Shown: positions 13,366 through 25,345 of the stretch, one piece after another | Layout: the number at the start of each line of letters is the position of its first letter | How positions within the stretch are numbered: the first letter of the stretch is position 1 | NCBI GenBank assembly: GCA_051362555.1 | Contig: CM120642.1 | Coordinates: 17,174,001-17,238,000, forward strand | DNA: 64,000 nt | Direction of reading: 5' to 3' | DNA from: Lingula anatina | Lineage: Eukaryota; Animalia; Brachiopoda | The notes under the pieces: model-generated | Seen by the model: only the letters and a program-made list of their open reading frames with translations | The model's database searches: none | What the model was told of the DNA's origin: nothing | Program-made: the position numbers and the translations under genes

Positions 13366-15099
13366 CGAAAAGAAATGACTTCCCTTAGTAAAAACGGATG
13401 AATAATTCGTATTATTTAGTTATTTATTTTATTTATTATTCCAAGACATCATCGCCATTAGGTTTAGAAGAAGGTTTTGTTATTGATGTCGCCCATAAGA
13501 AAGCCTTCCTGTAAAATATATGGAATATTTTTTCATGTGGTCACGATTTTCAAATGAAATTTGTGTTGAACATTCGTGACATCGATACATTTTATGAACA
13601 GACGTCACGCAATACAAAAGAGAACGAGAGAAAGAGAGCTAAACCCGCTATCTTCTTCTGACTTTTGTCGCTTTTTGTACCCTCTACCAGAGCAACAGAT
13701 TGATTTTTCACAGACAGTCATTTTGGTCTGGATTTTTCAGTTTTTCCCTATGTAATCTGCCACTCTGGTAGAGGGTAGCTTTTTTGTATGTGCACACTGC
13801 TACAGAAGTGTTGATGGTTAGATCTTGATAAAGAGTAAAATCCTGGAATACGTAGTAATATTTTCGGATCACTTTTGAACTTTTGAAATGCCGACTGACT
13901 TTGAATTCATTACATTTAGCCACTTCAAAACTCCCCAAGTAGGCCTATAACCCTAAAAGCGTTGAGATTCAACCCCTATTTTAAATCTAATCTTAAACTC
14001 AGTTAAGTTTTTCCTAATAAACATGGATGTTTTTACTTTACAGCAAGTTTCCAGGTTTACATTAAGTTTGAGACAAATAAAACAAAAATAATAAAAGTGA
14101 ACCTTCGTTCCTCATGGGCGGCAGAGCCATTCAAGTAGCCAACAGTACGACGGAAGAAAAAAAACGCCCTTCATTTTGCTCTGGAGTGATTTCACTGCCC
14201 ACAACTCCTTAAAATGACAGAATTTTCGATAAATATTCGACATTTTCATATTTTCGAACACCGAGTTGCTCATGTTAATGACCAATTTTTAATTCATTTG
14301 GAGATCGATACAGATATGTAATTAATCGACATTACCATAAGAGCCTTCCACTGCCACAATGGATCTAAATGTCCTCATATTAAAATTTACAGGGACAATA
14401 ATTTGGGAGTTGTTATCAATATTATACACCAGTATATGACAACTTTGAACCACTTGTTGATGGGACTGTTTGGTTTCAATCGCAGTGATTTCAAATAATA
14501 CGCCTTCTATGGTTTCTTCGTACCTTGTACGAGGATTAAACACTACCTTCAACACGCACCAAGAAACTGAATCATATGCACCGTTTACTCTACAGTGTTC
14601 TCTGGTTTCGTGTCCTTTTTCTTTGTTTTCATTTTCAAATACTGCTTAAATCCTGGAATTGCTATTGGGTAAATTTTTACTTTACTGGACTTAAAAAAAA
14701 AAAAAAACAACGCATTCGAACGAAGGTTCGAACAATTAAAGCTGACTACCGCAGTTAAACTACTGTTCACCTGAACAATCGTGTGCCTGTATGTGTAGTA
14801 AAGAACGTTCAGTACATCGATGATTTGAAAGGCCAAGGCTTCGAAGAGAAGACTTTGTGTGACAAGTATGCTGATGTGGTTGACCTTGTTCACGTAGCTA
14901 GCTTTACAACAGCGGTTGGAAGGTAAAGAGAAATAGCACGGGCACTAATGAGCGTTCATTCAGTTGAGATATCTTTGGCAGGACGACCTGTCACCCGCGG
15001 TGACACCAATAAAGCAAGGAAATGCATAGGTTTACATACTTAAATTTAAATGATTGAGACTGGGCAGCCGAGTTTCCGGTCATCAAATCGTGCTGTTGC

Positions 15100-15437
15100 A
15101 TGAAAAATATGGTGAGAGGTTTGGTATTGACAGTATTCGTCTTTCAGACATTTCTGTCTGCACAAACTAGGACAATTTATGGATTTGACCACGCGTCTCG
15201 TTTGAATCAAACAAAAGACAGTCAAAGCTCAGCAGATTTAGTAACTCAGTCGCCATCATTATCAGTCTTAAAGGATCAGGGGAAATGGTGGTCCTACCCA
15301 GAAGGGAATACATCACTATGGGTGGCCAACCTCCAAGAAATACTTTCCACTCCATTGCGATTTTTTAACGAGGTCAAGATGGTGCTCCCAAAATCTGACG
15401 CCATTTTGAATATCTCTGCAAGCTGCAGAGAGGACGT
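15100..15437 (+). pseudogene. Truncated duplicate of NRF-6-like exon 1
   Basis: Near-identical to 49112-49449, including upstream DNA. Similarity stops at gaggacgtt (15437), where the transposon TIR begins. No downstream exons were seen in this copy. Confidence 0.85.
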
Positions 15438-15444
15438 TTTTTAT

Positions 15445-16224
15445 TATTATTATTAATAATACTATTTTTTCTACGGAGCCCTTTATCAAAGTACGCAAAT
15501 GAATAAAATTAAAAGGAAAAAAAAAACTTTACTTATTTTTGTTATCTGTTTCTTTATTTTTCTTTTATTATTTATTTATTCAATTATTTATTTATTCATT
15601 TATTTTTTGCAATGACAACATAAATGGAGGAAGAGGTAAAGATGTACGGTGGCCTTGAAGTCAAGTCGTTTGTGTGATGCAAAGATTAAATGAATGACTG
15701 GTAACTTTTCTGTGTTATCAGAGTGAATGACGACGTTTTGTTCTGCGGTTCATTTCTCCTTTCCAGCCTTGTATTTTTTTTACTTTAGCTGCAATTTATT
15801 TAGTATATTTTTGCGTCCTCTCCCAGTTGTTTTAGGAACTCCAGAGCATGTCATCCATAAAATGAAATAAAAGGAAATTCGTCAAGCATAGCATCCTGAT
15901 GTAGCCTCAGCCGTGACGTCCAAGCGATTGGTATTTGGATCCCTGATCAATGTTCACATACCCACATACGCAATTCGCAGGACCATTCTTATATATGCAT
16001 TTTCATCAATTAATATGCTAAGAGATGTAATAAATTACCCATTCATGGAGATATTATATTTAAAAGGTTATCAAAAATTGCACACCAATCATGTACAGAT
16101 GCCTGGAAAGGCTTTTTTATTTTTAAGCACAAATTAAATGTCTGCGAAAGAGGGTACAGTGACTAAGAATCTACTATAAAAACGTACGACATCCTATGCT
16201 CCTTAGCCATTCATCAGAAGAGAC
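15445..16224 (+). repeat. Left long terminal inverted repeat (~780 bp)
   Basis: Reverse complement of 24534-25345 with few mismatches; for example ctacggagccctttatcaaa, gtgacgtccaagcgattggtatttggatcc and tcatcagaagagac are all mirrored. Confidence 0.95.
16175..16212 (+). promoter_or_regulatory. Putative TATA box (TATAAAA) and Inr-like site at the inner end of the left TIR
   Basis: TATAAAA at 16175-16181, ccattca about 30 bp downstream, ATG at 16228; mirrored in the right TIR. Confidence 0.55.
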
Positions 16225-17758
16225 ATCATGAGCAATAGGAGCCTACACACGAGCAGATCTAGATCAAGGAAAAGAACACGTGTTGGTATTTTATTCCCAA
16301 TTTTTGATGTTATTCATAATTCCATTTAGGATATTGCCATCAAATATTGCACTTGTGTCAAATACATTACTAATGGTTTTCTTATTCATTGCAAATTACA
16401 GGCAGTAACCAGCGATGGGAACTCTTTCATAGAGAGAGCCGTGGCAGCTCTACGACAGAGCCACTATGATAGCCTGTTCAGTATTTTATACGAGGGAAGT
16501 TTCCCTGCGAGAAAATCTATTTTTAAATTATTTAACAAAATTATAAGAAAAGAAACAATAAAAATAGTCAAGAATAAAGATGAAAAATTTACTACTGACA
16601 ATGCAAACAAATTTGAATGGGTTAAGAAGTACACGTCAAAAATAAAAAAAGGCCATGCCACTTACTTTTTCCCTTTTGGAGATTTGCGGCAGCAGAAATA
16701 AACAAAAAAAGTAAGTAAAAACCTCTAAAATAATATCTATCTATCTATCTATCTACATGTATCTATCTATTACATCGAAATATTATTTATTTTAATAATT
16801 TTCCGTTATTTTAATTGTACTTTAATGTTTATTATTTAAATTCTTTTATTTATGTTGTAATAGATCGATTACTCAGAAGCAAAAACACCAAGTTGGTATG
16901 GCCAATGCCATTTTGATTCACAGGCGTCACCTAAGACGCCATACATTTTTGCAAAGCTTTATCAGCATAGAAATGTGGAGATCAGGGTGCTCCCAAAGGG
17001 TAATTGCAATTTAATGTTAAACAATATAAAATGCCCCCAAACAAAATTTTAAATATTTGTCTTTTTGTTTTAACATATATAAAATTAGTGTTTTGTCCAT
17101 ATTAATTGTTTTGAAAATGCGTGCATACATTATAGTAATCTATGGACATCTCCACACTGATTAGATATTGATTTCGTTTTTAACATTATAAATATATATA
17201 TTAATACATTTATATTATAAATTAAATGGCAAATAAAAAAATATTATTTAGATTTATTAAAACATCATTGTCTGTTTTTTGCAGCTTTTCAGGTATTTCA
17301 ATAACTTGGGACTCAGCTCAAGCCACTCAAGTGTTCTGAGGTTATGTGACCAATTAGTGCAAGCACAAAAAATGAAAATTTTACAGTGGAAGGAAGAAGT
17401 AAACCTAAATATCTTTAGGGTTATTAAGACTTTATTTTTTTCTTTCTACTTAACTTAAATATCTAAATATTTATAAGAGATGTTATGGAAAAATAAATAC
17501 CAACATGCACTCAGTCATTTTGCAAACGCAAATACTACCAATTTTACTTACTTTTTACTGTTCTAAATATTTTAGAAATATGTAGCAGAAAAAGAGAAAG
17601 CGATATTAGATGAGGGAGTCACACCTGTCACAGGCTACAGTGAATTTGGGGTTAGCGTAAATAACATAATATAATTGCTTAATGTTTTATGAAAAGAATA
17701 AGATATATATATTTTATTTTTTAGAAAATAATGTCTAAATATAAGCGATATCCATGGG

Positions 17759-17996
17759 CAGTGGCGGATTTAGGGAGGTACGATTAATGGTCCGTCCTAT
17801 TTTTAAATGACAATTTTGAGTAGCTGACTAATAGTTCTAAACCGTACCAAATGGCACCTTCTGCCCTCTAAAATACCAAAATATTTAGGTGGACCTTCAG
17901 CGGTCCCCGAACCCAACGCCAAGGGTGTGGAGGGTGGTTGACTTGGTATCCACGCCACCAATAACCCCCTTTCAAATAGTCCTGTATCCTTCCCTG
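17759..17996. mobile_element. MITE family 2 nested in a transposase intron
   Basis: Starts cagtggcggatttaggg; internal ccgtaccaaatggcac...gccctctaaaat is shared with 4230-4440, 57062-57312 and 58227-58439. Confidence 0.7.
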
Positions 17997-19033
17997 CATG
18001 GCATCAGTTACAATTAATTACCACTCATAATCGTTTAATAACTTTCATAATTTATTTCTTAGCAAGAGGAGGACGATCCAGCTCTATATTCGGATGAGGT
18101 GTCTGTGTCAACCACTGATAATGGTGAATCTGAAAATGGTAAACGTTTAGTGATCATAATAATAGTCGAAATGAAGTCTGGCCTTAACCATGTTACGTTC
18201 AGTTTTTTCCTTTAATAGTATATGTCACTGATTCCAATACGTTGAGCAGCATGGATGATTTTGAAGAAGAATAGATGGAGATGGAGATGAAGGTAATCAG
18301 TAACATAGGAGGAAAATTAAAGAACCAAAAAATAATAGTCGAATTATAAGTTAATTTATTTTACCAGTTAAAGGCTATGCCCTGGTGTGGGATAATGTCC
18401 AGTTGGAAACGAAAAGAAGGCATCACCTCAAGGATGAAAGGGAAAATTTTCATATATGGGCATTGTGTTATGCAATTAAAAACCGAATTAGGTTAGTTTT
18501 ATTCATTTTTCTTTAAAATTACTAAAGTATAATTTTTTTAAATTAGTAAGTTGTACACCAATGCAATTTGGTTCTTTAATACTCTAATAATCTATAGTTT
18601 CATGCACGTGGATGACAACTATAGAAACTGCATTTCGGCAAGGGACATACCAATTAAAAATTTCCTGCCTACAGTACAAGATAATGATTTCCTGAAAGAC
18701 AGAATGAGTAAGTACTCTTTTTTACTTTTTAAATTTTAATTAAATGGATATTTTAACTATCTTCAAATAACTTTTATGTTTCTGTAATACTTATATTTCA
18801 CACATTTACAGTTGTCATTGTTCAACGCATTGCTTGGAAATATATGCTTGGTGTGAGGGAGAAGTTCAAGCCCATCTTCCGCATTGTCCATGAATACTCC
18901 GAAGACATGTCCAGGAAAAGTGAAACGGCATGTTATCACAGCAGTAGTATTGTATCATATATTTAAAAGACATTTATTAAAGAAATGCATAAATAAAATA
19001 TTGTTGAAGATTTTTAAATAATAAAAGTAAAGA

Positions 19034-19064
<31 letters not shown>

Positions 19065-19722
19065 TCACACTGCAATAGGTTAATATTGGTGTGATAGAAG
19101 AAAATCCGTCGTCAACGGAAGGGGTCGTAAAAATAATGGAAAATTTACACTCTTAATGTCCCATGAATAATGCAGAAGATTACTACAAAGTGATAGTGCA
19201 CGGAGATGGTGCATCTGTTGAGAGAATGCTTGATGCCAAGAGGGCAAGGTTATTATGCTTTAAATATAACCCTTTCCTTTTTATAATAATAGTTTAAGAG
19301 CACGACTGCGAACTGTAAAAATACATTTTTCACAATAAGTTTCATTGTTATTTTAACCTGGTTACTATAATTACTTTAAATTGAATAATAATTATTATTG
19401 TATTTCATTAAACACCTTAGAAGTGCGTGCATTACTCCTGAAGCACGGCTAGAGGGCTTGGAGCCATGTGTCCAAGATTTCCATAGACTGCAGCTTCATC
19501 TTCAGGTAAATTTTTAAAAAAATATACATTGCTATGTGGTGATAGAGAAGCAGACAATAAAATACCAGGCCCAACCCCAGGGAGGGCGGGGATTTAAAGC
19601 GTCTAAGCAGGGGAAATAACACTGACTTAATAGCATGATTCCAATGTGAACGGGAAATTAAACCAAAAGTAAAGCAAGCCTAAAATTAGGCAGGGCAGTT
19701 AGCGCGGAAAATAAACACACAT

Positions 19723-19882
19723 CGGGCCCGTAGCCAGCAATCTTTTTTCTGAAAAAGTGAACTTATTTCCATAAAAGCTTCATGAACCTAGATCAAATGT
19801 TACCCAGAGTGGACCTTTTCCCAGCAAAAGGGGCGGTTCTTTCGAACCCCTCGAACCCCCCTCCCCCCTGGCTACGGGCCTG
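19723..19882. mobile_element. MITE family 1 nested in a transposase intron, 5-bp TSD cacat
   Basis: cacat|cgggcccgtagcc ... ggctacgggcctg|cacat. Confidence 0.75.
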
Positions 19883-22406
19883 CACATAAATAAAGAAACT
19901 GCATTTTGATAATGCTTTAAATATTATCACATGTACAATTTTCATAATTTCAGGATATATATATGACGAGTTTTTAACTGTAACAGTATCGCTGCAAAGG
20001 GTACAATGTACAACTTCAAGTCTCTCTTCGGGCACAAAAGTGTGACTGAAAAAACTAAAGAATGCTACGGTCAAGCAACAGATCTCCTAAAGATGATGCC
20101 ACTGCATATATTACGTCTCCCACACCGGTCCTTCATATGGTCCCCCTCTAATCCTATCTCGTGCACATCTTCCATAATTTTTCTGTCTCACCCCTTATTC
20201 TTTCCTAGTGGTTATTTTGATGGCTTTATAATGTTTCATCCCTCAGTATGACATTCCCGTTATATCTGATAAATAAACACGTTTTCTTTATCGTCTCATT
20301 AATTTTTATTAGTATCGCTTTTAAGCATCTCTAACATAAGGCGTTTTAAGGTACTAAGTCTGTTCTTAAATCTTTTATAGTTCTGTACAGAAGGATATAT
20401 ATTGCTCCTCTTTATGAAACTAAAAGGAATGGATGGGTTAGGACAAGACGTGCCTGGATTGAAGGATAATGATGACATAGAGAAATTTATGCGAGATTGG
20501 GCTGAAGAAGCAGTAAAGGAGGTTAAATGAGCTTTAAAAATAAAATTATAATTTCTTTAACGGCCACTTACATGTTCATTTTTTCATATATTTTGGGATA
20601 TAGATTTATTCTTCATAATTTATATATAGTTGGTATTTAAAACACACAATAAAATTATTACATATACCATTTGTTAATTTCTTTTTCATTATATAAGGTA
20701 TGGCAAGGAATAAATGTGGATGCCGTCGAAGAAGTGACCAATGCAAGTGACGATGACGCCAGTGGCTCTAAATATTGCATTTGCAAGAAAGGTAACCCTT
20801 AGTTTATTTATTTATTTTTATATTTATATGCAATGATAAAGTAAACGATAATGTTTATTCATGTTAAGTTATAATACGCTTATGCAATATTTCTGCGCTT
20901 ATAAGATTCATATAATTTATACTCTCCAGACAAAGGAGGAACAATGATTCAGTGCGATGGGCCGCATTGTTCCTCTGGCGAATGGTTCCATTTAAAGTGC
21001 ATCGGCATGAGGAAAAAGGATGTAGCATGTACATATTTTATGCATTAATATTAAAAAATAAAAATATATATGAAAAAAAAAATTCATCGTTAAATGACTA
21101 CAATTAAGAAATTAACGCCGAGTTTCCCACACTTAACTTTAACAACATGTTTTCAATCCTTAAATTATAGTGGATGTTCTTAACATTAAAATTTATTTTT
21201 ATAACGTTTGTGAAATATTTTATATGACATTTAAGTGTATACGTTCTAATTCAGAAGGAACATGGCATTACAAAGAGTGCTGTAAAAAAAGATCATGTTC
21301 GGGAGTACTCCCGAGGTCTTGCCTGGTGTGGACTCAATTTTCTATTTCACAAGGACGCAATTCGAGAGGGGGGCGGAGATGAAATAATTAGACATTGGCG
21401 CCTAGATATGCCTTGCCTCTTCCATAAAAATCATTTCAAGTACATGATATTAAGTCATAGGTTACTAGCAGGTACTTTATATTTTAAATTTTAAAAAAAT
21501 ATTTTATTTATTTTAATAATTAATAGAGATTAAAAAATGCACCAGGCTAATGAACAGTATTTTTTCTGTATTCCACAGGGCAACATGGATGGCTGCCTGA
21601 ACGACTTCGGGGTGAGATAAAATGGAACAGATGCGGAAACATAGTTGGAGGATACGGCAAAAGTATTGAATTAGATCTAAAAAATGAATTCTTAAATGGG
21701 TCGTTTAAAGGTAATTTTTTATAATTTTATTTATTATTATGATATTTTTGCATAGAAATATATCGTTTATTGGAATGTTAACAACCTCTCTTTATTTTTA
21801 CTTTAATAATAATTATTTATGTCATTGTGTTATTTATATTACAACAGAAACATTAAAACAAGGACGAGGGGACATCAGTCAGGGGCACGTGGAGAGAGGT
21901 AGCGTCATCATTGGGTCTGCCGCTTGTGAAATTGATCAAGCGGGGTTGTTCGGCTTGCTGGACGAAAGAGAAGAAGCAGAAGGGAGAGGGAGGACTTATA
22001 CTAGAAAAAATATGACTCGGATATGGAGGTGTTTACGAATGTTTATATAATTAAATATAATGAAAGCTATATACGAGGGAATAAATTTAACCACAATTTT
22101 TGGTATACATAGTGATAAACGTATTTAACTTATAACAACATTGTAAACTATATCAAAAAGTTAGATTTAAATATGTTTCATTTCTAATGCTCATACTGTG
22201 CATTAATTTCAGGAATTCATACACCAATATGAAGAAGAAAATCTGTGGGAAAACATTCCTGGTCGTCGACACGACTCTTTCGCCTATATTTATTTATGGC
22301 CTATATTTATTTATGGAACAAGATTATAAAACCACTCAAATTGAAAAAGAAAATACTTCATTATTCCGACCATCTGCAATTAGAAAGAGCAGCTATGTTA
22401 TAGTTC

Positions 22407-24504
22407 TTAGGGGTAAGTACATTTTTTTTGACAAAAGTTACAACAATTACATAAATACCACTTTGTTTTATCTTCATTGCTTCCTTTCTTCTGTAGATCG
22501 TCAATTTCCTCATTTGTGCTTTTTTTTTAAGGAAACTTCACGCAGGATTGCTGCTCTAAAACAAACTTCATTTTCTATACAGTCTTTGCATATTTAAAAA
22601 AAAATTTTATCTGTTTTTTTTTTTATGATGAAATGATGAGGTGGCGGTGAAAAAGATGGTTGCCCTCCCCCTTTCCCAAGAAGCACGTGCGCATCGCCCA
22701 ACCTCCTGCCAGTATGATAATGCGTTTTTACTAAGACCCCAATGAATGACATGTGAGACATCCCCAATGTTAACCCCCATCCCAAACGCAACGGTGCTGA
22801 TAATTATCCGGATAGTAGATGATGGCAATGAAAATTCTTTGACAATCGTGCTTTGATCAATGGATGGGAATGGAACCATGAAACATTGTTAACATGCGAT
22901 TTTTAAATTTCTTTTCCTTGTCTTTATAAGCATCTATGCCAAGTTTTTCTAAAAAGGTCAAAATAAATTCACTTGCAATGTTCATAGACCTGACGTATAT
23001 TATAGTTTTTTCAAAATTGACATGTTTTTCTTTCAGTCCGGGGATTATTGTCTTCGAGGTCTCCACACCCTTGCTCTTCACTTTTGAATTATTGTAGTAA
23101 AATATTTGGCCTGAAAAAAGTGTAAATGAATTAATTTGTTACATTTCATGATTAAACACATGACATTGTTTTAGTTAATAATTTATAAAATAATGTGGTT
23201 ATTAATTCATTTTACTTTTACTTTTTTTAGGTAATGGAGTGAAGATGGATAACGCCATTAAAACCAATACTGGAACTATGATACTTGCAACTTTTATTCT
23301 TGTTTGGAAAAATCCTGACTTTTTAAAAATATTTTGTGGGATGAAGAGAGTAAATAGTTTTACATTATTTTATATCTTTAGGTAAATTAGAGAATTGTGC
23401 ATATTACTATAAGATTAAACGTTACCTGTTTGGAAGTAAAGACACAATTTCCAAAGCTGCATCATCCATGAATAAAGACTTTAAAACATCTGCAAAGACG
23501 CTATCAGTGCACGTGGCTGTTAATAAGAGAAATGGAGCATGTGAAACTCTAAGAGAACCTAGTTCCTTGTACGTCGGCCTGAAATCGTTTCCCCTGCCAA
23601 GCGAACAGAAGTAGCATATTATGAAATATATATATATATGTTAAATCTATGTAATGGCGAGTGTGGAAGATTAATTTTTTAATACCAGTCAGTAAACAAC
23701 ATTATTTGTAACAATATTAAAAAATAAAACAAAGTATTTTAATGATAAGCTTTGTCGTACTTCATCATTTTATACTGCACAGGCGGACTCTTTATACATT
23801 ATTTTCTTACCATTCACTTACGCAATGCACCTCATCAATAGCAATAACCGATAAAGATTCTTCCATCTTTCTTGTCAACATAGAGAGCCAAATATCTTTT
23901 AAAACTGTTTCCGGGCTGGTGAATAGTAGTTTATATTTTCCAGAGATTATATCTGAAAAAGAATGTGGAATTTCATGTAAAATTATAAATGCATATTTCT
24001 ATATAATTTTTTTAAATAATATAATATAATATAATATAATATAATATAATATAATATAATATAATATAATATAATATAATTACCTTTTTGTAAAGGAAGA
24101 GCATTTTCTCCTGGCAGAAATTCCCATGGCATTCATAGCACTTACTTGCTCTTGTATTATTGACAACAATGGGGATATTATAACTGCTGTGTGGTTTTTG
24201 TGTACCTCCATCTGTTAATTAAAATTAAAAAATAATTTATAATCTACAACTGCTATATAAAAATAAGAAAAGGATGAAAATAAAAAATATATATAACTTT
24301 TTTTTAATAAATCGTAGCTCTACTTACTTCATCTTGAATAAGTGGTGGTACAATGTAGAGCAATGACTTTCCGTATCCGGTTGGTAGAATCCCTATTACA
24401 TTTTTATTTTGAAATATGTACTGGAGGACTTCCTTTTGTTTAGCCTTTAGTTCGGGAAAATGAAATCTTTCCCGAACCACTGAAAATTTAGAATACCAGT
24501 TCAT
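22407..24504 (-). pseudogene. RecQ-like superfamily 2 helicase of the transposon, about 5 exons, frameshifted
   Basis: Motif I LPTGYGKS, Ia IISPLLS, FTSPE, motif II AIDEVHCVSEW-GNDFRP (~23836-23810 plus next exon), III LLLTAT, IV KTIIYVRS, MFHGS, V STVAFGMGVN, VI YWQEVGRCAR, and a C-terminal Cys cluster (CFR...CNCCNFC) ending TAA at 22407. Frameshifts near 22870 and 22610. Confidence 0.9.
24017..24080. repeat. (ATATA)n pentanucleotide microsatellite in a helicase intron
   Basis: Read directly. Confidence 0.9.
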
Positions 24505-24533
24505 GTTTAACTATTTCGTGGGGATCTGTCTCA

Positions 24534-25187
24534 GTCTCTTCTGATGAATGGCTAAGGAGCATAGGATGCCGTACGTTTTTATAGTAGATTCTTAGTCGCT
24601 GTACCCTCTTTCGCAGACTTATTTAATTTGTGCTTAAAAATAAAAACCTTTCCAGGCATCTGTACATGATTGGTGTGTAATTTTTAAATATAATATCTCC
24701 ATGAATGGGTAAATTATTACATCTCTTAGCTTATTAATCGATGAAAACGCATATATAAGAATGAACCTGCGAATTGCGTATGTGGGTATGTGAACAATGA
24801 TCAAGGATCCAAATACCAATCGCTTGGACGTCACGGCTGAGGCTACATCAGGATGCTATGCTTGACGAAATTCCTTTTATTTCATTTTATGGATGACATG
24901 CTCTGGAGTTACTAAAACTACTGGGAGAGGACGCAAAAATATACTAAATAAATTGCAGCTAAAGTAAAAAAAATACAAGGCTGGAAAGGAGAAATGAGCC
25001 GCCGAAAAAAAAACGTCGTCATTCACTCTGATAACACAGAAAAGTTACCAGTCATTTATTTAATATTTGCATCACACAAACGACTTGACTTCAAGGCCAC
25101 CGTACATCTTAACCTCTTCCTCCATTTATGTTGTCATTGCAAAAAAAAAAAAAAAAAAAAAAAAAAAAGAAAAAAAAAATTAATTAA

Positions 25188-25225
<38 letters not shown>

Positions 25226-25345
25226 AAAAGAAAAATAAAGAAACAGATAACAAAAATAAGTATTTTTTTTTATTTTTCCTTTTATTTTTATTCATTTGCG
25301 TATTTTGATAAAGGGCTCCGTAGAAAAAATAGTATTAATAATAAA
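24534..25345 (-). repeat. Right long terminal inverted repeat
   Basis: Reverse complement of 15445-16224; the TATA mirror tttttata is at 24576-24583 and the helicase ATG at 24504. Confidence 0.95.

Larger units (their letters stand above)
16228..22330 (+). pseudogene. Academ-type (DUF6589-like) DDE transposase with inserted PHD finger, about 20 exons, disrupted
   Basis: Spliced motifs: FNNLGLSSSH (17285-), YALVWDNVQ (D at 18391), HEYSEDMSRKSE, VHGDGASVER (D at 19205), LEGLEPCVQDFH, PHD YCICK..MIQCDGPHC..EWFHLKCIG (20772-21027), DAIREGGG, WNRCGNIVGGYGKSIELDLKNEFLN (E at 21686), IPGRRH. Lesions: frameshifts at ~16645, ~19960 and ~21285, in-frame TAA at 19154-19156. Confidence 0.85.

Noticed and set aside
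14322-14555. 77-aa minus-strand ORF in a segment absent from copy B
   Set aside because: No recognisable domain or splice context; cannot be supported as coding.
15913-16137. ORF MTSKRLVFGSL... and its mirror at 24634-24834
   Set aside because: They match only because they lie in the two TIRs; non-ATG start, differing frameshifted ends, no recognisable motif.
22407-24504. Host RecQ/WRN/BLM gene
   Set aside because: Minimal core only, frameshifted, and enclosed by the transposon TIRs, so it is treated as transposon cargo.
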